In this document: piece after piece, positions 1 to 11,865 of the stretch
Position numbering within the stretch: position 1 is the first letter of the stretch
Layout of the letters: each line of letters begins with the position of its first letter
Assembly: GCA_051530055.1 (NCBI GenBank)
Contig: CM121341.1
Location: forward strand, 11,076,784 to 11,140,783
Direction of reading: 5' to 3'
Source of the DNA: Neoechinorhynchus agilis
Lineage: Eukaryota; Animalia; Acanthocephala
Length of the DNA stretch: 64,000 bases
Made by a program: the position numbers and the translations under genes
The notes under the pieces: model-generated
Database searches by the model: none
What the model was told of the DNA's origin: nothing
Seen by the model: the letters and a program-made list of their open reading frames with translations, nothing else

Positions 1-1470
1 TATCGAAAGAAAAAAATCTCTCTCTAACCTATCAAACTCCGATCTCCTAGTTACATTAAACTCTATCAATGCGCAACTTTGTGTTCCAGAACTACACCGC
101 CGTACTTAGCTTTTACGACTTAACCTCTCATGATTTCGACGTATGTTATTCTCATGCTTCTTGGTAGACGATCCACTGAGCCATATAATCAACCAAAATT
201 TCATGACCGGAATCTTCCCTAATTGCCTTAAAACAGCTCGGGTAACCCTGCTCCCGAAGGCAGGTAAACTTATACCCACCTCAAGTTTTCTACCCATCTC
301 TATCTTACCTTCCTTCTCTAAAATCTTAGAGAGATGCTTTAAATCACAGCTTCTGCCAATCTTCAATCGAAAAATTTCACCCATTCAATTCGGTTTCCAG
401 CCTAGCTTTTATTGTACGGATGACCTTCGTTACATCAACGATTCTCTTCTTCATAATCTCGACGTACATACTTCATTTATATCTCGATTCATCCAAATCG
501 ACATTCATAAAGCTTCACCTTGAAAATCAAATGGTTGAAATCCTTCTAAAACAATCGATTACAATTTACCGAAATAGGGAGCATCGCCTCGAACACCTTA
601 GCAATCAACAAGGGAGTCCCCCATGGAGTTGTTCTCTCCCCCATTCTTTTCAACATTTTCTTGAACGATCTTATTCCACCTTTTTTTATTCTAAATACTT
701 CTTGTATGCTGATGATCTTGTCACTCTCAATTACTTCTAACGAGATTTCTCAAGTTCAATCATTTTACTCCTCTAAATGTCTTACCTTTAACTTAGACAA
801 GTGCTTCGAAATCATCCCTTCAATCTCAAATAGTCCTTCCGATCAGCCACTTTTCCTTCCTTATAAACCGTGTCTCTTCAGTTCGTATCCTTGGTCTCCA
901 TTTTCAGGAAAATCTAAAATTGGACAAGTACCTATCAATTTCGTTGCATAAAGGTTCTATTAAACTATATCTTCTTAAGCGCATCCGATTTCTTGGAATG
1001 TCATCCAAAGATATTAAGTACCTTTATATTTCCTTTATACTACCAACGCTCACCCAACTTTTTGCAATTTTTCTTCTTATCAATTCTAAAAACTTAACGC
1101 CTTTCACAAGAGGTTCCCTCCAATCATCTGCTTCTCCGAATTCATGCCATTAGAAAAACACCTTGCTCTTATATTTCAAAAGTACATCAGAGTGCCTTCA
1201 GTGTGGCTTTTTCACGGCTGATAATTTTCCTTAGGCAAGACGCGCACAAAATAACTTAATATCCTGAACCATACGCTGTTATGAGTTTGTACATCCCTCC
1301 GGATTCTCAGGTACCTCCAGGAGGCGGGACTCATCGGTAAGTTTCCTCCTTTCAGCGGTATTTCGTTCCTCCTCTACTTTTAACAATGAAACGTGTTATC
1401 CTTATACTGCCCAATCTTCTCGGACATCATTACCTGAAATGAACCGGAGGAAAGTACCAACCAGGTAACG
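1..1470 (+). mobile_element. Decayed non-LTR retrotransposon (Jockey/CR1/L2-like) RT region and 3' end
   Basis: Frameshifted RT motifs in order: FPNCLKTARVTLLPK, PISILPSFSKILER, QFGF, IDIHKA, GVP.G..LSPILF, YADDL. ORF-end motif ILRYLQEAGLIGKF at ~1303-1344. Confidence 0.85.
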
Positions 1471-1559
1471 TCTCCTACACCACTAACAAATAACTTTCAC
1501 ACCGGACCCATAATCCACTCAAAAATCATATTATTCACATCGAGTAAATTTGGTGTGAA

Positions 1560-1915
1560 AAATCGACGTGTTCATAGTTTTGGCTAGTTTTGCATCTATC
1601 TATTCGTCGTATGCATCTCGACACCAAATTGTTTTTATCGCATATAAAATTTGTATAAAGATCGGCATCTTCATCGTTTTGGCTAGTGTTGTCCCATCGA
1701 AATATGCATCTTCATACTAAATCGCATTCATCTCGAATGAAATAGGTTTAAATATCGACGCCTTCGCCGTTTGGTTTGTCGTCGCCTCTTCGGAGTATCC
1801 ATCTTTTCATAAAATCGCATTCATTATAAATATAAACTCGTTTATAAATCTACGTGTTTTTCGTTTCGTTTGTGTTGTCGCATTCTGATCAAAGTATCCA
1901 TCTTTTCACCTAATC
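1560..1915. repeat. Degenerate tandem repeat, ~4 units of ~95 bp
   Basis: Recurrent blocks aa(a/t)atcg(a/g)c...gtttt(g)gctag/gtttgt...(g)tat(g/c)catct at ~95-bp spacing. Confidence 0.55.
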
Positions 1916-1959
1916 ATGTAATTATATGCGTAATTTGCGGATTGGACGTTATGTTGGTG

Positions 1960-2650
1960 CTAAATTAGCCTTTGTTCGAGCTATTGAAAATAAACCTCAG
2001 GAAAATACAGTATCTCACAAGAGATCGCAAAGTGAGGGGCACACTCATGATCAACCACATCGACCTACCACGCGTCGACCACTTCAAATATCTCCGATGT
2101 GTAATCTCAGCCGACAGCGATTTAAGATGGGAAATCACAAATCGAATCAACTCGACTTGAATAAAATGGCTTTCAGCAAGTGGCATCATCCGTGATCGGC
2201 GTATAAAAAGGCACATGAAATCGATGCTATACAGATCAGTAGTTCACCCGTGGCTCTTTATGGAGCTGAATGTTGGTCAATCCGTGATGAACAACGTCTC
2301 GCCGTCATGGAGACGAAAATGTTGTTGTGGATAAATGGGAGGATTACCTTGTTTGACCGCATAAGGAACGACGATATACGGTACAGATATGATGTAGCCT
2401 CGATGGGGGGATCAAAATACGAGATACCTTCATAAGGTGGTATGGCTGCGCATTACGAGCGAGCCATCCCCGGTGAAGAAAGGGCTGAAAGTCGAGGCAG
2501 AGGGAAACTGTCCGAGAGGCTAACCGAAAAAAAGATATGGTTCGATATGCTACATGCAAACTTCCGACCTCCAGGCTGCATTCAAAGCGAGCATTCGATC
2601 GGGAAAAAAGGGGAAGAGATTCCATACGGGATAAAGCCTGAAGAAGAATG
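1960..2650 (+). mobile_element. RTE-clade non-LTR retrotransposon, 3' fragment
   Basis: VDHFKYLRCVIS, EITNRIN, LYGAECW, RLAVMETKMLLWING, DRIRNDDIR. Ends in tgaagaagaa as typical of RTE tails. Contains stops and frameshifts. Confidence 0.85.
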
Positions 2651-2712
2651 TGTAGCAACAGAAAAGCCTCACATAAATTCAAAGTCACTTTTTTGCATAA
2701 AAACAAATATTT

Positions 2713-5657
2713 TTAAGGGATATAATGAAATGTGTCCGGATCTTCTGGATCTCTTTTCAAAAAGTCCATATCAATTAGGTTTCTGATGCGTTCATTCAGT
2801 AAATCCAATTGAAGGTTGCTGTCATGAATTGCTTTTGCAACCTTAGCATGTAGCTCACTAAGATTCAATTTCCTTTCCGATTTCATTACACGTGCAATAG
2901 CGTATTCAACTACCGTATCTCGACTTAAGCACTTCTCAACTAGTAAAGCTTCTGCGGACGACGGCTGAAGTCCGGGCCTGCATTTAAAATGGCGAATAAG
3001 GATAGGATGATCGCCTCCACCAGGTTTTAATCCATCGCCGATAGCTCTAAAGTTCGGCTCATACCTAAAGGTGCAATTTACAATTTCATCGGTAATGACT
3101 GGGTTTCTTGTAGAAAGAATATCTTTTGGATCAGACACCAGTATACCACAATTCGTCAAAGAGAGCAATGCATCATACATTGAGACGTCCGATAATCCAG
3201 TTAGGGATCTAAGATTCTCAAAAGTAAGTGCGTCATTCGTGTTGAACGAAAGCAACACTACTGCCAAAGATGGATGCATTGAGAGTGTGAATGAGTCTCC
3301 TGTGGTCGGATTTACGTCTATCTGGCACATTCCAATTGAAGGTAAGAATTTAAGAGTTTTTTTGTTTCCATGAGTGGCGTAAACGTCTTCGTATTTGTTC
3401 ATTAGAGCTTGAATTTCATCAGGGACTTTGATTGTGTCGCCCATCCATGCCTTGTCGATGGTTATTGAAGGAAGGGCAAATACACAAAGCTTAGTCGGTC
3501 CCTAGAAGACAGGCTCATTGTTTTTACTCCGTAAAACTTGACTTTGGGTTGATCAAAAGAATTCAGACATTTTGGCATTCACGATCTATTAGAAATGCCT
3601 TCTACGAACAAGAATGTTCACTACGATTCAATTGCTGCGCATTCTGAATATCTTCAAATCAACTATTATGGCGTACAAAATGCGATAGGCAAATGTGCCC
3701 TTTCTATTTCTTCAGTATAAATAATTAGTATGAAATTACCTTTTCTTGAAATGACATATCTATAACTTCAGATTGAAAAAATCCCTCGAGCATCATTGTG
3801 ATGTTGTGCGTATAAGCATTTCCGTATTCTTTTACAAATGTTTTTAAATGGACGAAGCGTATTAAAAAAGAAACGAACCATGACTTAGCATTTTGGCCAT
3901 CACGTGTTCGTAATCAATCGAACACTGTCCTGAAATAACTCGCTCAAGAAGGGATTTCCTGTACTTAACCTCAAAAATGTCGCGTTCGTGAACATGACGT
4001 AGAAATAAGATTATATTCTGTAAAGCGGCAATAAATTCCTCACTGGGTTCCGTGGGTCGGTTTTCCTTTTTCTCGAGCAAGGCATCAGTATAGTGTACTA
4101 AAAAATAAAAAACACAGAATGAAATGGTACCAATTTAGCGCATTACCAAGAGCAAGTGCAATCTTCACTCCACTTGTGCAGACAGCTTCTGTGAAAGCAT
4201 CGTTAACACAATGATGCATATCCGTGTCTGAATCAAAGAGTTCGTCTACATAAGCCCGATGCTCAAACTCAAGAGCAAGAAGGTCACATATGAGTTCAAA
4301 GTAATCCGATGGCCTCTGAATCTTCTGAATGAGTTGAATCGCCATCTTGGCTAGACATTTTCTGTAGTGATTTCGAAACATTATCGGGCCTTCTTCACAA
4401 GCCTTCATGTGGGTGTAAAGAACGCTGAGACCTTCCTTATTTTGGTTGGCTAATAATACTTTCACGGCTGAATTTTCCATGGACAAAATTTAAATTGCAG
4501 CTGGAAAGGAAATTACTAACCCTTCCCGAGTTGCTGGGCCCGATTACGGATCATGCTCGTTTCAATGGTGTTCAGTAATCGGACTCTATAAGATTCATCA
4601 AAGTATTTTGTTACCAATTCGTTTTCCACCATAAGCATTTCTTTCACCTAAATCGAACGCAAAAAATTAGGAATAATGAAATATATGACCAAAAGACGAT
4701 GTTAGCCTTGAAGAGATTTCCAAGCTGTTAATTAAACACACGAACAAGACTAAAAATGGAATTTTACGCTTAACAGAATCGACATTGAGATTTAAAACTG
4801 GATTCACTCACCATGTTTAAATATTCTATGGGATGGGACTCAATCGCACCTTCCTCTGAACACTTATCGGCAATCGCTCTCGTGAAAGCAACATATAGAT
4901 CCATAAATACTTGCATTTTCCCTGACTGTTTGACCAACAAAAGCAGCATTGTTATCATTTCCTCCTGAAAGTTCGTATTCCCTTTTGCGTGCTTCAGTAG
5001 TTGAAGCAACGAGTATAGAAACCATTCTTCATAGTATTTGCGATCAAATCTCTTTATAAGCTGAGCGTAGAACATGCGCGGTGCAAGTTCAGAAAGAGCA
5101 TCTTCATTGAACTTCCGCATTGCCTCTCGCTCCAAACGATCAAATGTCCTTTTAAGCGTTATAACTGACTTCGAAAATTCTTTAAACACGCTCGTTATCC
5201 TCGTTAAACCATCTATAGATTCATCACCATCGAAACTGCATTTTGATTCATCGCAAGTGGCTGGAAACATATTCCCGATTGCCCAAGCGGCTGCCTCATC
5301 CAATAGCTTCTTGAGCAACGAATATGCGTCGTAAATTACATTCGGCCTGTAATACTCGCAAATCTTGTCCACTAAGTTTTGCGCGTCATCGACTCTAACA
5401 GCTTCCGATAGCTTCAATTTCTTAATGACGTTTTCTATGTCCCCACGTTCCTCGGTCAGTACACTTTTAGGGTTCGACAATGGTGACAAAGATTGATAAA
5501 TCGCGTTTATGAGTTTCATTTGGTCATCACTACTGATTGTTGATACATCCACATCAATGTCTTGTTCATCGAGACTGGCGTCAACGACCGTATACCCAAG
5601 TGGAGATTGCTGCACGGCGCGAAATGTTGGGTGGAAACGTGAAGACGTCATCTGCAA
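2713..5657 (-). CDS. Divergent cullin family protein, multi-exon; subtype not assignable
   Basis: C-terminal neddylation winged-helix (VVEYAIARVMKSERKL...IRNLIDMDFLKRDPEDPDTFHYIP*), cullin homology motifs (DIFEVKYRKSLLERVI; KKTLKFLPSIG). Short GT-AG introns rejoin the ORF pieces, e.g. 4648-4689 (42 nt). Exact start uncertain. Confidence 0.88.
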
Positions 5658-5739
5658 ACGAATCGTAGAAAACTTACAAGAAACCTTGAAAGAGATTTTA
5701 CCCCTGAAATATTGAATTTAACCAAAAAAATTTACTCTT

Positions 5740-6530
5740 ATAGACCCATTCCTGACAGCGAGAATTCGTAACTCTTTAATTTCAGATTCTCGTGATCTGG
5801 TACACCGAACTCGATTGGCGCCAGTCTCTAAAAGAGAATCGAGTGCTTGGCTCAACCCTATCCCAATCGCTTCTGTGGGTACCCTTCTCTCCGACGTGAC
5901 AGTAACGATTGTAGTGTCCCCGATACTTGGAGTGCCGATGTACACATCCCATCGCTCCCGTTGCGGAGCGACTGCGGAACCATCGGGACGCCATGGTCTC
6001 GTCTGTCAGAAATCAGATGGAAGGTACTCACGACACGCCGAAGTGAATGCAATTCTTAGCCGTGCCCTGAATACTGTGAATGCGCCCAACATTCTAGAGC
6101 CGAGCAATCTTTGCCGATTCGATGGCCGCCGTAGACCGGACGGTGTCACAGTATTCCCGTGGCGAGAATGAAAATGCCTTCTCTGGGTCGCCGCGTTCGT
6201 GGACACGCTCGCAGCCAGCAACATAAAATTCGCCACTGATAAACCGGAGGGGGGGCGCAACCGCGGCCGAGGACCGCAAAAGGACAAAATACAGGGACCT
6301 GAATCGAAATCATTATTTTATTCGCGGCGCAGGACCTGATCAAGCAATTGTCGAAGAGATTGAGACGATTCACTGGCGACCCGAGGGCAGGAGCATTCTC
6401 CTACAAAACATAAGTCTGCCCCTTCAACAAGGGAATGCTGCATCCGTCCTTTCGAACATTACACCAGGAAAGAAGCTGAGTGATCCAGAGCGGTGGTGCG
6501 AATGATCTAACGTGTTATATAAATTTCAAT
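5740..6530 (+). mobile_element. CRE-clade (restriction-like endonuclease) non-LTR retrotransposon, 3' fragment
   Basis: CHC zinc finger (CGA...GRHGLVC), RHAEVN, LEPSNL.RFDGRRRPDGVTVFPW (PD-type nuclease), QRGNAAS terminus. Frameshifted. Confidence 0.8.
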
Positions 6531-6599
6531 CTACTATAAACAAACATCAGAATAATTGAATCTTCAAACAAATATAAAAAACACGAAAACACAGGTGCA

Positions 6600-6700
6600 G
6601 ATGATGAATGCAGACGCACAGGATTACACGCCCGAGTGGTTTGCGCGTTCATAATGTGCTTGATATGTCGATGGTCCAACGCCACTGGTCGCTGGGTTCC
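6600..6700 (+). mobile_element. Possible Ty3/gypsy integrase C-terminal remnant
   Basis: THRITRPSGLRVHNVLDMSMV resembles the YRL.LP..L.RIHNVFHVSML motif. Short, so weak. Confidence 0.35.
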
Positions 6701-7428
6701 ACGGGTGTGCGAGGCTGCTGGAAGGGCGGGGGTCCGGTTTTGAGATCGCCCATCGGCCCCAAAAAAAGTGGGTTGGCCCTGTCCCTTCGAGTGCGGCTAA
6801 GCGCATCCGATGTGTGCAAGTCAGCCGAAAGGCTCCCAAAGTAATGTAGATGAGAGGCCCAAAAGAAGATGTCGTAAGACCCCGACTGAATGCGAACTGA
6901 AAAACTGTATGAGGCTATGTGGAAAATAAATTACACGCAGATGAATATAACGTCACTATTTGATGTTTTGCGTAGATTTGTGACGAATCGACAATTCATG
7001 CGTATGATTTCAGTATTTCCAATCGCGTCAAACTCTTTGTCACATTAAATCATAGAGACGGTGCTAATAGCAATCTCATAATATATACAAGAAATGTTGG
7101 GTCAAAGATCAGTTTCGGGGGATTGTCAATAAAACCCAGAAATATGGTGACTTTCGTACTCACGAAAACCTGCTTTGGTTGGCATTTTTCAAGTGATCGT
7201 CATAGTCCCAGTTCTACAAATAGTAAACCTCTTCCAAAGGCACTTTACAAAGAAAATTCTTAGTCTCACTACAATGCAACGGAGCTACCCTAGGAAAAAT
7301 CAGTATAGCGAGAATTTCGACGATTTAAATGAAAATGTTTTTAATTGAAAACGCGGCAACACGGTTGCGTAGTACTTAGCCACGCAAATATTTTTTCACG
7401 TCCATAGATAACGGTGGGGATGCTAAAT

Positions 7429-7863
7429 TCGTCCTTTCGGCCATTACACCAATACGACAGCCGAATGATCCAGAAAGACAGTGGCGTGTATGTTTTTCGA
7501 ACTCTTTTGTCGAATATAAGGAATTCTTAAATGTTATGGGCAAGCCGATTTTATTGATTCAGATTTAGGACATACCTTCCTCAGTTCATGTTAAAAAGGG
7601 AAAAACCTAAAAGCCGAGGAAGGGATGTCCTAAATCTGAATCAATAGAACCCGCTTGCCAGTAACATTTAAGAAGTGATTCTTTATATTCGGCAAAAGAA
7701 TTCGAAAAACATCCACACCACCGCTCTGAATCATTCAGCTGCCGTCCTGATGTAATGGTCTAAAGGACGGATGCAGCGTTTCCCGTTGCACAGCCAGGCT
7801 TATGTTTTGTAACAATAATGCTCCTGCCCTCTGATGGCCAGTGATTCGTTTCAGTCTTTACGG
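7429..7863. repeat. Foldback of two CRE 3' ends, tail to tail (arms ~7429-7584 and 7614-7771, ~29-nt spacer)
   Basis: Long imperfect inverted repeat, e.g. ttattgattcagatttaggaca vs tgtcctaaatctgaatcaata. The right arm continues as minus-strand CRE sequence to ~7863. Confidence 0.85.
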
Positions 7864-7865
7864 TA

Positions 7866-8150
7866 ACTCAAAAAGACAAAATACAGGGACCTGAATCGAA
7901 ATCACTATTTCGTTCCCTTTGGCGTCGAGACACTCGGGTCGTTTGGACGCAAGACCTGGTCAAGCAATTGCCCAAGAGATTGAGACGATTCACTGGCGAT
8001 ACGAGATCAGGAGCATTCCTCCTACAATACATAAGTCTAACTCTGCAACGGGGGGACACTGCATCCGTCCTTTCGACCGTTACACCAGGACGGCAGCTGA
8101 GTGATCCAGAGCGGTGGTGTGAATGGCCTAACGTGTTATATAATCTGAAT
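7866..8150 (+). mobile_element. CRE-clade 3' fragment
   Basis: Closely similar to 6280-6520 (aagacaaaatacagggacctgaatcgaaatca...gagtgatccagagcggtggtg...ctaacgtgttatataa). Confidence 0.85.
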
Positions 8151-8209
8151 AAAAAATTACCGATGAAAAAACTCATCAGTACATTAGATCAAATTTAGAA
8201 GTCTAAGAT

Positions 8210-8692
8210 TTATTCAATATTGCTGGACTTTTCAGGTAATTGTTCCTCCATCTGCATCTCTTTTTCCTTGACTTCTGTGTTCATTTCACCATCAATCGCG
8301 CACTCTTCGGGCTTCTTCTTTGGGTTCAATGGTTCTTCGTTACGGCATTTCGCCAAAGTTACCATTTCCTCATCTTCTGAAGACGAAGATACGCTTGAGT
8401 ATTCTGGCATGCAGCAGAATTGATGCATGAGACATGTTGTGAATCCATCAGACGGGACACCGGTCGAAGCAGCATTAGTCTGTCTAACTGCATTGGCGTA
8501 ACGAAGTCGTTGTGATCGACTCGGTTTCTTCAGGAGAACTTCGAGAGCAATATTGATTGGGGAATCGTCGTCGTCCTGTTCGCTCGGTCTGGTGCTGCAG
8601 AACATTGGGCACGCCTTCATTGTTGAAGTGGCGCGGTTGCGTTTTTGTCTCTTTTTCATGTTAGATTCAGTTCCAGTCGAAAAAATGTTCAT
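8210..8692 (-). CDS. Hypothetical 160-aa low-complexity charged protein
   Basis: ATG-initiated uninterrupted ORF with basic patches and acidic tracts. GC/G-rich upstream region. No recognisable domain. Confidence 0.5.
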   Translation of the reverse strand: MNIFSTGTESNMKKRQKRNRATSTMKACPMFCSTRPSEQDDDDSPINIALEVLLKKPSRSQRLRYANAVRQTNAASTGVPSDGFTTCLMHQFCCMPEYSSVSSSSEDEEMVTLAKCRNEEPLNPKKKPEECAIDGEMNTEVKEKEMQMEEQLPEKSSNIE

Positions 8693-10319
8693 ACTATGTG
8701 AGTTTGCGTATAATTGTGTCGATTTGGAGACGCACTAGTGAGGAAGCACTTCAATCTAAAATAGTCGGGGGAGTGGGAGGCAAGAGTTAGGGGGGGCGGG
8801 AAACACGCATTAAACTGGCGAAAAGTACCGTGAATTTCATCAAACAGTGCTATCTGCTCGAGTGTAAGGATCCATCTAATTTATATTTTATATGCAGTTT
8901 GTACGAACAAATCATTAGAAAATCCCAAATTTGTGCAATATTTGAAATAAAACCGATTAGGCGAACGACAAAAAAAGACTTTAGATATTATTCTTTAAAA
9001 ATGCACGTCTTTGTAATAGGCATAACAAAATACGAATGAACATTGTTGCTATTTTTAAGCATAACCACAATAGGCGATGCAGCATAAAAAATATCGATTC
9101 TTTTTATAAATCCTAAGAAGCAATGATGAACGTGAGACAAAATCTACTCAAATGCAAAGATGAGAAAGTGAATCAATGCGTAAGAAATTAAATTTTGAGC
9201 CTTTTCGAGCTTTGGACTAACGAGGTCCGTGGGCATAAAGTCGAACCTTCTAGGAAATATAGAGCTCCTGAAGGATGAACTTTAATATGAGATAGAAATT
9301 GCTATGTAGAAAATGCTTTTTGAATCTTCAAAGCAGTAGGAGATTGTGTTAGTATGCTTGGGACGCTTCACTTTGAAAGGCGAATACTCGGTTGCGTCAA
9401 TCTTACAATACGAGATTACCGTTACTGGTAGAAGACAAGAGCAATGAGAATGAAGCCGAAGTGTAAGGACCATATAGTGACCAAAAGGAAGGTTAGTTAT
9501 CAGATTCATTTATGAAGTACAGGAGACATTAATCACATTAAAAGTGGCTTTTCTGTTGAAATATGGGCTTTATTAAAGGTGGCCAACTAAAATCACCTAA
9601 TGAATGGTACAATATTCATACTAAAAGGTGGAATTTAAACGACACCTTCGACGAATCATTTTAAGGCGAGTTGAAGTTGTGACGAAAATACACCATGATA
9701 GCCTTTGGTCGTTTATGTTCATTTAAAATCAAACACAGTGAATATTTTTGTGATTATGCAGTTGTTGGTTTTGCGTTATTGTGATACTTGTATGCTTTGA
9801 GATAAGGACAAACGTTTGAATTAAAATTTACTAGAGATTAACAATCGCACATTGAAGATCATGAACGAAAAAAATGGTTTAAATGAAAGCTAAAGTCTGC
9901 CAGATTACTAAATCGGATAAATTGGTCCTATTTGAGAGCATTTAGCACTTACTGTATGGAATATTTTTACAAAAAAGGATGCGTTATCAAATATTTAAAG
10001 AAAAAGATTGGTGTATGTCATTTTACCGTTGAACATTCTTGATGCCAACGATTTTCGCTCATATATTTCCTCTCGTTTCTCAAGAAGCTCTCTCAAAGAG
10101 ACTGTTCCTTCGTAGGCAAGATGCTCGACACTTTTCTACGCAAACGGAAATCAGCGAACTCGGTGTTTCTATTTAGGAAAGCTAAAAGATCACGACCTAT
10201 CTAAAAAACGTTGCATTGTGATTGGATGAATGGTACTTTTCTACCATTCATATCAACTGTAAGGACTTTCCCAATTCACATGTTTAAAGACCATGTGACA
10301 TCGAAGATGGTTCAAATGC

Positions 10320-10407
10320 GTCACGTGACTTCTTTTAATGAACATCAATATCTAAATGCTCAATTTTCTGATGAAAGGCCGTCACGAGGCAGAAATGCGT
10401 TGAGTCA
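10320..10407. promoter_or_regulatory. Palindromic E-box GTCACGTGAC (10320-10329) and AP-1 site TGAGTCA (10401-10407)
   Basis: Exact motifs seen in an otherwise AT-rich intergenic region. Function untested. Confidence 0.35.
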
Positions 10408-10569
10408 CTCGTAAAATCATTACCACTATCGTGGAAAAATGTGACTTGGAAAATAACAAATAAATGTCACAATGTGGAATCGCGTTTTAAAGAAAAACTG
10501 CGTTCCAGCAACTCACGTAAAACAATCCCGTTAAAAATGCTGAACCAAACTTGTGAGTACTTTTTATGT

Positions 10570-11400
10570 AGCATAAAATGAATTGTTTTAATCCCGCGAG
10601 CGTGGATTTCTTTGTATTTCCTTATTTAAATTTAGAAGTCTTTAATTGTTCTGAATTTAACAAAGTGTTCGATTGAATTCGAAAGTTACAGAAAATGAGT
10701 TGTTTTAATCCCACTGAATTTAACAGTGTTTTTATTTACTGGGAAAATTGAAGTAATTTATCGATTGAGTTCGAAAGTTATAAAAAATGAGTGGTTTTAA
10801 TTCCACGAGCGGGAATTTCTTAATTTTTATATTAAAAACTTCTGCAAGCCTTGTGGGATTCATTATCAGTTTGTACACTTGAAAATCTTACAAGAAAACT
10901 GACTCACATATCGACGTTCCTTATTTAAATTTAGAAGTCTTTAATTATTCTGAATTTAACGAAGTGTTTTTATATGCCGGGAAAATTGAAGTAATTTATC
11001 AATCGAATTCGAAAGTTACACAAAATGAGTGAATTTAATGCCACGAGCGGGAATTTCTTAATTTTTATATTAGAAACTTTTACAGGCCTCGTGGGATTCA
11101 TTATCAGTTTGTACACTTGAAAAACTTACAAAAACTGATGATGAAGTCGGCAAGGTACGTAGAACGCTTTTAATACAAAAATTCTTTACCGGGTAAAGAC
11201 TTCTAAAGATACTTCCTCACATATCCACGTTCCTCGTTTAAATTTAGAAGTCTTTAATTGTTCTGAATTTAACAAAGTGTTTTTATATGCATGGAAAATT
11301 AAGTAATTTATCGATTGAATTCGAAAGTTACAGAAAATGAGTTGTTTTAATCCCACGAGCGAGGATTTCTTTGTATTTCGTTATTTTTAGAAAACTGTTC
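10570..11400. repeat. Degenerate tandem repeat, ~300-310 bp unit with sub-repeats
   Basis: tttaaatttagaagtctttaatt(g/a)ttctgaatttaac recurs near 10625, 10924 and 11237; tcgaaagtta..aaaatgagt also recurs. Confidence 0.8.
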
Positions 11401-11626
11401 TTTAGAAGTCTTTATCCGATAAATATTTTTTATCAAAAACGTTCTGAGAGCCTCGTCGTTTTCATTATAAGTTCGCTAGCCATATAAAAAGACGAACAAT
11501 TAAATCTTAAAAAATTTAACAGTCCATCATCTCAAATCCCGCATTTTCTTCGCCTTTCGCTCTACAAAGACGTTATTCGATCAAATGAATTTTAGCTAAG
11601 TGTGAATTAACTAAGAAGATCTCAAA

Positions 11627-11644
11627 ATATATATATATATATAT
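11627..11644. repeat. (AT)9 microsatellite
   Basis: Direct sequence. Confidence 0.9.
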
Positions 11645-11865
11645 CATTTTTTAATATTGCACCAGGATACGAAAAACGCAAAGCCTAAAAACCAGCTATA
11701 GCTTCAAATAAATCTTAATCGATACGTATCCTAGAAGCGAACCGACAAATGATTTATGATTTTTAGAAAACAAAATTTCAAGGTTGATTTAGTTCTCGTC
11801 AACACGAAAGAATTTTTAAACAATACACGCGTCTGATCTGTTCATCTTAAATAGTTCCAAAGAAT

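Noticed and set aside
6600-6900. Structured ncRNA (SRP, RNase P/MRP) in a GC-rich island with an agcc-gaaa-ggct hairpin
   Set aside because: No diagnostic conserved motifs found. Part of it translates as a gypsy integrase-like remnant.
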